Origin: a bacterium
GTDB taxonomy: Bacteria > Chloroflexota > Dormibacteria > Aeolococcales > Bog-877
NCBI GenBank assembly: GCA_021827985.1
Contig: JAKATL010000001.1
Span: 45,108 to 109,107, forward strand
Direction of reading: 5' to 3'
Length of the DNA stretch: 64,000 nt
The notes beneath the pieces are model-generated. The model was not told the DNA's origin. It saw nothing but the letters and a program-made list of their open reading frames with translations, and did not search any database. Below are positions 57,628 through 64,000 of the stretch, piece by piece; the first letter of the stretch is position 1; every line of letters begins with the position of its first letter. Position numbers and translations under genes: made by a program.

Positions 57628-58029
57628 CTACCGGCTCTCCCGGCAGACACAGAACTCGTTGCCCTCCGGGTCGGCCATCACCTGCCACTCCCACGGCCGG
57701 CCCCCGAATGGAGCTCCGACCAGGGTGGCGCCAGCTTTCAACAGGTCGGCCACCAGTCCCTCCGGATCGGCGGTGTAGAGGTCGAGGTGTACCCGGTTCT
57801 TGACCACCTTGGTCTCCCCCACCCGCTGGAGGAAAACCGGAACCCCACCGGGAGGGGGCAGTAGGTCAATGTATGGGTCCCCGAGCCCAGTGGTCGCCGT
57901 GTAGCCGAGGGCGTGCAGCCAGAAGGGGGCCAGCCCGACAGGGTCTCGGCAATCGATCCCCACCTCGATCCTGGGGCGGGGGAGGTCCCCCGGGGCCCGG
58001 CTCCGGCCGGACCCCAGGGGCTCACTCAA
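57628..58029 (-). CDS. VOC / glyoxalase-like domain protein
   Basis: [33 protein letters not shown]; TTG start overlaps rpoC stop. Confidence 0.85.
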   Translation of the reverse strand: MSEPLGSGRSRAPGDLPRPRIEVGIDCRDPVGLAPFWLHALGYTATTGLGDPYIDLLPPPGGVPVFLQRVGETKVVKNRVHLDLYTADPEGLVADLLKAGATLVGAPFGGRPWEWQVMADPEGNEFCVCRESR

Positions 58030-61000
58030 CGGCCTGATCCAGCACCGGCACCTCGGTCGGCTCCTCGAACTGGTTGAGGTCCTCGCCCTCTAGTACGGCG
58101 GGCTCCACTAGGGCCTCGGACTCCGCCAGGTAGCGCGCCGCCTCCTCTCGCAGCTTGCGGTAGTAGTCGAGCCCGGTCCCGGCCGGGATCAGCTTGCCGA
58201 TGATCACGTTCTCCTTGAGCCCGGCCAGCCGGTCGACCTTGCCGGAGATGGCCGCCTCCGTGAGGACCCTGGTGGTCTCCTGGAAGGAGGCCGCCGAGAG
58301 CCAACTGGCGGTGTTGAGCGCCGCCTTGATCAGCCCCAGAAGGACCGTCGAGGCGATCGCCGGTTCGCCGCCCTCGGCCAGGATCTCGGCGTTGGCTTGG
58401 TCGTACTCCCACTGGGAGACGATCTCCCCGGGAAGTAGCTCCGTGTCCCCGCCGGATTCGATGCGCACCTTGCGCATCATCTGGCGGACGATCACCTCGA
58501 TGTGCTTGTCGTTGATGTCCACCCCCTGGGAGCGGTACACCTTCTGCACCTCGCGGACCAGGTACTCCTGGACGGCCTCACGCCCGCTGATGTAGAGCAG
58601 CTCCTGGGGGCTCACCGACCCCGCCGTCAGGGCGTCGCCCGCCCTCACTTGGTCTCCATCGGCCACGCGCAGCTGGGCCCCATGGGGGATGGGGTACTCC
58701 TTGACCTCCTCCTCCAGGGCGCGGATCCGAACCTCGGTCCCAGCCTTGGCGCGCCGCACCTCGGCCACCCGCCCCCCGATCCTGGCCTGCAGCGACACCG
58801 GCTTGCCGTCCCTGGTCCCGGCCGCCAGCAGCTGGCCCTCGCCGACCACTGCGCCCTCGGCGATCTCCGGAAGCAGCTCCAGTCCCGCCTCGACGGTGTG
58901 AGCGGCGTCGAACTCCTCGCGGCTCGCCACCCGCACCTTGCGACCGGCGTCGGTCCTCAGGATTTCGACCATCCCGCCCGCCTCCGCCAGGACCGCCTTG
59001 CCCTTGGGGATGCGGGCCTCGAAGAGCTCCTCGACCCGGGGCAGCCCCTGGGTGATGTCCAATCCGGCGACCCCACCGGTGTGGAAGGTCCGCATGGTGA
59101 GCTGAGTTCCCGGCTCACCGATCGACTGGGCCGCGATGATTCCCACCGCCTCACCGATCTCCACCAGCTTGCCGGTGGCGAGGTTGCGACCGTAGCAGCG
59201 GCGGCACACCCCACGGGTGGCCCCACAGGTGAGGACGCTGCGAACGCGCACCCGCTCCAGGCCAAGAGCGGATATCTCCGCCGCCAGCGGGTCGGAGATC
59301 TCCTCCCCCGCCGACACCAGGACTCTCCCGTCCGGCGCGATGACGTCGGCCGCCGCCACCCGGCCGGCGATCCGCTCCTCGAAGGGCTCGCCCTCCTGGC
59401 TGAGGTCGCTGACCCAGATGCCATTGCTGGTGCCGCAATCCTCCTCACGGACGATGACGTCCTGGGCCACGTCCACCAGCCTCCGGGTCAGGTACCCGGA
59501 GTCGGCGGTGCGCAGGGCGGTGTCCGCCAGCCCCTTGCGAGCCCCGTGGGTGGAGATGAAGTACTCCAGCACCTGGAGTCCCTCGGAGAAGTTGGCCTTG
59601 ATGGGCATGTCGATGATCCGGCCGGTGGGATCGGCCATGAGCCCGCGCATCCCCGCCAGCTGGCGGATCTGCTGGACCGTGCCCCGAGCCCCGGACTCCG
59701 ACATCATCATCACCGACGAGAAGGGATCGAAATGGGCCACGGTGGCCTGGGTCACCGCCTCGGTGGCCTGGGTCCAGATCTCCACCGTCTTCCCATAGCG
59801 CTCGTCCTCGGTGATCAAGCCCCGCCGGTGCTGAAGGGTCACCTCGTCGACGGCGTTCTCAGACTTGGCGATGATCTCCGCCTTCTCCGGCGGCGTCTTG
59901 ATGTCCATGGCCGAGATCGTGGTCCCCGACTTGGTGGCGTAGCCGAAGCCCAGCCGTTTGATGTCGTTCACCACCTCGGCCGTGACCTCGTTGCCGTACA
60001 GCCGGTAGCAGATGGCGACCAGCGCCCGGAGCTCCTTGCGGTCGAAGACCCGGTTCTGGAAGACCATGGGAGAAGCGTCCGAGCCCTCGCGCACCGGGCG
60101 CCCCAGGGGCAGGACCTCGTTGAAGATCACCCGCCCTGGGGTGGTGAGCACATTGGCCCAATCTCCTTCTGCCGTCCACCCCAGCTCCACCCGATTGCGC
60201 GGCATCCGGACTCGGATCGGCTCGTGCAGGCCCACCGCCTTGGTGTCGTACGCCAGGGCCACCTCAGCAGGAGAGCTGTACCGGTGCACCCTCTCCGGGT
60301 CTGCCTTCGCCAGGGGAACCTTGAGGGCGGTGAGCCAGTAGGCACCCAGAACCATGTCCTGGGTGGGAGCCACCACCGGGTTCCCATCACTGGCCGAGAG
60401 GATGTTGTTGGACGACATCATGAGGTTCTTGGCCTCGGCGATGGCGCCGCTGAACAGCGGCACGTGGACCGCCATCTGATCACCGTCGAAGTCGGCGTTG
60501 AATGCCGTGCAGACCAGTGGGTGGATCTGGATCGCGGATCCCTCCACCAGGATCGGCATGAAGGCCTGGATGCCCAGCCGGTGCAGGGTGGGCGCGCGGT
60601 TGAGCAGCACCGGGTGGTCCTGGATCACCTGGTCAAGGACGTCCCAGACTTCGGGCCGAGCCCGCTCGACCATGCGCTTGGCGCTCTTGATGTTCTGGGT
60701 GAACCCCTGGCTCACCAGCTCCCGCATCACGAAGGGCTTGAACAGCTCCAGCGCCATCCGCTTGGGCAGACCGCACTGGTTGAGCTTCATCTCCGGCCCG
60801 ACCACGATCACCGAGCGACCGCTGTAGTCCACCCGCTTGCCCAGCAGGTTCTGGCGGAAGCGCCCCTGCTTCCCCTTGAGCATGTCCGAGAGGGACTTCA
60901 ACTTCCGGTTCCCGGTTCCGGTGATGGCCCGGCCGCGCCGGCCGTTGTCGATGAGGGCGTCCACCGCCTCCTGGAGCATCCGCTTCTCGTTGCGCACGAT

Positions 61001-62377
61001 GATCTCGGGCGCGCCCAGCTCCAGCAGCCTCTTGAGGCGGTTGTTGCGGTTGATGACCCTCCGGTAGAGATCGTTGAGGTCCGAGGTGGCGAACCGTCCC
61101 CCGTCCAGCTGCACCATCGGCCGCAACTCCGGGGGAATGACCGGCAGCACCTCGAGGATCATCCAGGTGGGGCGGGTGTCACTCTTGCGGAAGGCCTCCA
61201 CCACCCGCAGCCGCTTCACCGCCTTCTGGCGCCGCTGACCGCTGGTGGAGGTCAGCTCCTCCCTGAGGTGGGCCGACTCGGCGGCCAGGTCGAGCTGCTC
61301 CAGCATCTCCTTGATGGCGGCAGCCCCCATGGCGGCCCGGAACACGGAACCGAACTTCTCGGTGTACTCCCGGTACTCGGCGTCACTGAGCAGCTGGTGG
61401 GGAGCCAGCTGGCGAAGCTTCTCCCCCGCCTCCTCCAGCTCCGACCGGACGCGAGCCATCTCCTCGTCGCCAACCGCGGCCCCGGCCGCCTGGCGCTCCT
61501 CCGCCTCCTGGCGCAGAGTAGCGGCCTGAGCGGCTGCCTCCGAGCGGATCTTCTCAGCCTCGGCGGACGCGCTCCGGCTGACCTGGGCAATCAGCTCGGC
61601 GACCGCCGCGGAGATCTCCTCCAGGTGGGACTCCGCCAGCTGGGTCCCCTTCTTGAGCACCACCCTCCGATCCTCTCCGGCCTTGAGCACGAAGTCGGAG
61701 GGGGCCTTCTTGCCCAGACCGGCCTCGGCCCTCCGGGTCAACTGCTCGGCCTGCTCCTCAAGCTCCTCGCGTTGGGTCTCCGCCGCGGCCAGCAGAGACT
61801 CGGCGCCCTGGCCGGCCTCCGCCTCCACCTCTGCCGCACGGGTGGTCCGCTCGGCGACAAAAGTTGTGGCCTCCTGCTCCGCGGCCTGCTCCAGCTCGGT
61901 GATCTTCTGGCTGTTGTGGGGATCGAACTGGGCCAGCAGCTCCTCGCGCTTCGCCTCGTCCACCTTGGTCACGATGTAGTTGGCGAAGTAGAGCACCTTC
62001 TCCAGGTTGCGCGGCGACATGTCCAGGAGCAGCCCCAGTCGGCTGGGGATCCCCTTGAAGTACCAGACATGCGACACCGGGCTCGCCAGCCGGATGTGCC
62101 CCATGCGCTCCCGGCGCACCTTGCTGCGGGTGACCTCGACCCCGCACTTGTCGCAGATGATGCCCTTGTAGCGGTAGCGCTTGTACTTGCCGCAGTGGCA
62201 CTCCCAGTCCTTGGTGGGGCCGAAGATCTTCTCGCAGAAGAGCCCGTCCCGCTCCGGACGCAGGGTCCGGTAGTTGATGGTTTCCGGCTTGGTCACCTCC
62301 CCGTGGGACCACGAGAGGATCATCTCGGGGCTGGCGAGGGACAGCTTCAGGGCGTCGAAATTCTCAAGCTTGAGCAA
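58022..62377 (-). CDS. rpoC: RNA polymerase beta' subunit
   Basis: [12 protein letters not shown], Zn-finger, [33 protein letters not shown]. Confidence 0.99.
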   Translation of the reverse strand: MLKLENFDALKLSLASPEMILSWSHGEVTKPETINYRTLRPERDGLFCEKIFGPTKDWECHCGKYKRYRYKGIICDKCGVEVTRSKVRRERMGHIRLASPVSHVWYFKGIPSRLGLLLDMSPRNLEKVLYFANYIVTKVDEAKREELLAQFDPHNSQKITELEQAAEQEATTFVAERTTRAAEVEAEAGQGAESLLAAAETQREELEEQAEQLTRRAEAGLGKKAPSDFVLKAGEDRRVVLKKGTQLAESHLEEISAAVAELIAQVSRSASAEAEKIRSEAAAQAATLRQEAEERQAAGAAVGDEEMARVRSELEEAGEKLRQLAPHQLLSDAEYREYTEKFGSVFRAAMGAAAIKEMLEQLDLAAESAHLREELTSTSGQRRQKAVKRLRVVEAFRKSDTRPTWMILEVLPVIPPELRPMVQLDGGRFATSDLNDLYRRVINRNNRLKRLLELGAPEIIVRNEKRMLQEAVDALIDNGRRGRAITGTGNRKLKSLSDMLKGKQGRFRQNLLGKRVDYSGRSVIVVGPEMKLNQCGLPKRMALELFKPFVMRELVSQGFTQNIKSAKRMVERARPEVWDVLDQVIQDHPVLLNRAPTLHRLGIQAFMPILVEGSAIQIHPLVCTAFNADFDGDQMAVHVPLFSGAIAEAKNLMMSSNNILSASDGNPVVAPTQDMVLGAYWLTALKVPLAKADPERVHRYSSPAEVALAYDTKAVGLHEPIRVRMPRNRVELGWTAEGDWANVLTTPGRVIFNEVLPLGRPVREGSDASPMVFQNRVFDRKELRALVAICYRLYGNEVTAEVVNDIKRLGFGYATKSGTTISAMDIKTPPEKAEIIAKSENAVDEVTLQHRRGLITEDERYGKTVEIWTQATEAVTQATVAHFDPFSSVMMMSESGARGTVQQIRQLAGMRGLMADPTGRIIDMPIKANFSEGLQVLEYFISTHGARKGLADTALRTADSGYLTRRLVDVAQDVIVREEDCGTSNGIWVSDLSQEGEPFEERIAGRVAAADVIAPDGRVLVSAGEEISDPLAAEISALGLERVRVRSVLTCGATRGVCRRCYGRNLATGKLVEIGEAVGIIAAQSIGEPGTQLTMRTFHTGGVAGLDITQGLPRVEELFEARIPKGKAVLAEAGGMVEILRTDAGRKVRVASREEFDAAHTVEAGLELLPEIAEGAVVGEGQLLAAGTRDGKPVSLQARIGGRVAEVRRAKAGTEVRIRALEEEVKEYPIPHGAQLRVADGDQVRAGDALTAGSVSPQELLYISGREAVQEYLVREVQKVYRSQGVDINDKHIEVIVRQMMRKVRIESGGDTELLPGEIVSQWEYDQANAEILAEGGEPAIASTVLLGLIKAALNTASWLSAASFQETTRVLTEAAISGKVDRLAGLKENVIIGKLIPAGTGLDYYRKLREEAARYLAESEALVEPAVLEGEDLNQFEEPTEVPVLDQAVE

Positions 62378-62473
62378 GGCTTGTCCGCCTCCTGGCGAAT
62401 GGGTGGATGAGGTCGCAGCGCGGTCGAGCGGCGGGCGCTAGGATCGATCGGGGAAGTCGGCGGCAGAGCACCC

Positions 62474-64000
62474 TCAGCGCCCGAGGTCCTCGGCGTCGTC
62501 CCGCTCGTCCCGTTCGAGGTTGATCCCCAGACCGAGGGGCATGTCGGGCATGTCGTCCTCCGTGAACACGATCTGCTCCTCGTTCTCAGACATGATCTCC
62601 ACCCCCAGGGCCAACCCCTCAAGCTCCTTGACCAGGACCCGGAAGGACTCCGGGACGCCGGCGTCGAGGGTGTTGTCGCCCTTGACAATCGCTTCGTAAG
62701 CCTTGACCCGGCCCACGATGTCGTCCGACTTGATGGTCAGGATCTCCTGGAGGATGTGGCTGGCGCCGTACGCTTCCAGCGCCCACACCTCCATCTCGCC
62801 GAAGCGCTGGCCACCGAACTGGGCCTTGCCCCCCAGGGGCTGCTGGGTGACGAGGCTGTAGGGCCCGGTGCTCCTGGCGTGGATCTTGTCCTCCACCAGG
62901 TGGGCCAGCTTCAGCATGTAGATCACGCCGACGGTGATCGGCTTCTCGAACGGCTCCCCGGTGCGCCCGTCCCTCAGGATGGTCTTGCCGTCCCGGGGCA
63001 AACCGGCCCGCTCCAGCTCGTCCTCGATCTGGGATTCTGAGGCGCCGTCGAAGACCGGGGTCGCAACCTTAATTCCCAGGGCCGCCGCCGCCCAGCCAAG
63101 GTGGGTCTCCAGCACCTGGCCGAGGTTCATCCGGCTGGGCACTCCGAGGGGGTTGAGCACGATCTCCACCGGGGTGCCATCGGGCAGGAAGGGCAGGTCC
63201 TCGATCGGAAGGATCCGGGCGATTACCCCCTTGTTGCCATGCCGCCCGGCCATCTTGTCGCCCTGGGCGATCTTCCGCTTCTGGGCGACATAGATCCGGA
63301 TCAGTTCGTTCACGCCGGCGGGCAGCTCGTCCTTACCGGCCCGGCTGAAGTGCTTGATGTCCACCACCACCCCGCGCTCCCCATGGGGGACCCGCAGGGA
63401 GCTGTCGCGCACCTCCTTGGCCTTCTCGCCGAAGATGGCCCGCAAGAGACGCTCCTCGGCAGAGAGCTCCGACTCCCCCTTGGGAGTGGTCTTGCCCACC
63501 AGGATGTCCCCCTGCTGGACCTCGGCGCCCACGTAGACGATGCCCCGCTCGTCCAGGTTCCGCAGGCTCTCCTCGGAGACGTTGGGCAGGTCGCGGGTGA
63601 CCTCCTCCGGTCCGAGCTTGGTGTCCCTCACCTCGACCTCGAACTCCTCGATGTGGATGGAGGTGTACTTGTCCTCCCGCACTACAGACTCGGAGATGAG
63701 GATGGCGTCCTCGTAGTTGTATCCCTCCCAGGGCATGAAGGCCACCAGCACGTTCTTGCCCAGGGCCAGCTCGCCCAGGTTCGTGGAGGGGCCGTCCGCG
63801 AGGATCGTGCCCTTCTCCACCCGGTCGCCGGGGTTCACCACGATGCGCTGGGAAAGGCAGGTGCCCTGGTTGCTGCGCACGAACTTGTGGACCCCGTACC
63901 AGACGTCCGGGCCGCCATCGTCGGGGCGGAAGAGGATCCCTAGACCGCTGTCCTGCCCGCTGCGGACGATCTTGGTGAGGTCCGAGCGGACCTCCGCCAG
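62474..64000 (-). CDS. rpoB: RNA polymerase beta subunit, 3' part
   Basis: [50 protein letters not shown]; frame open to window edge. Confidence 0.99.
   Translation of the reverse strand: MAEVRSDLTKIVRSGQDSGLGILFRPDDGGPDVWYGVHKFVRSNQGTCLSQRIVVNPGDRVEKGTILADGPSTNLGELALGKNVLVAFMPWEGYNYEDAILISESVVREDKYTSIHIEEFEVEVRDTKLGPEEVTRDLPNVSEESLRNLDERGIVYVGAEVQQGDILVGKTTPKGESELSAEERLLRAIFGEKAKEVRDSSLRVPHGERGVVVDIKHFSRAGKDELPAGVNELIRIYVAQKRKIAQGDKMAGRHGNKGVIARILPIEDLPFLPDGTPVEIVLNPLGVPSRMNLGQVLETHLGWAAAALGIKVATPVFDGASESQIEDELERAGLPRDGKTILRDGRTGEPFEKPITVGVIYMLKLAHLVEDKIHARSTGPYSLVTQQPLGGKAQFGGQRFGEMEVWALEAYGASHILQEILTIKSDDIVGRVKAYEAIVKGDNTLDAGVPESFRVLVKELEGLALGVEIMSENEEQIVFTEDDMPDMPLGLGINLERDERDDAEDLGR

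Overview
Very GC-rich bacterial chromosome segment (roughly 70% GC by eye). It is probably from a Terrabacteria lineage near Chloroflexota or Ca. Dormibacterota; this is inferred from RpoC/GroES/r-protein style and gene order and was not verified. About 45 kb is core machinery on the minus strand: partial rpoB, rpoC, and the complete str-S10-spc-alpha superoperon (rpsL to rplQ, truA, rplM, rpsI). This runs on into argF-cdaA-cdaR-glmS-acpS/nnrD-murF/alr-thiE/S-thiG-thiL-tsaE-tsaB-rimI-tsaD, an acyl-CoA synthetase, a Pho84-like phosphate transporter and a CIRCE-controlled groES-groEL. A 17.5 kb accessory block lies between rpoC and rpsL. It holds (i) an ECF sigma/ZAS anti-sigma/DUF2892 unit divergent from a dps-furA pair with a visible 7-1-7 operator, and (ii) a PucR-family-regulated amine/polyamine catabolic cluster. 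That cluster has two class III aminotransferases, two aldehyde dehydrogenases, a PuuB-like oxidoreductase, an amidohydrolase_3 and a family-5 ABC transporter with no ATPase gene. Best leads: three consecutive gene fusions (ThiE-ThiS, degenerate MurF-Alr, AcpS-NnrD); the catabolic cluster, whose promoters share a paired-palindrome geometry readable from the sequence; a FurA that needs a CTG start; and divergent CdaA (RHL), IF-1 and GroEL. No tRNA, rRNA, CRISPR or mobile element was seen.
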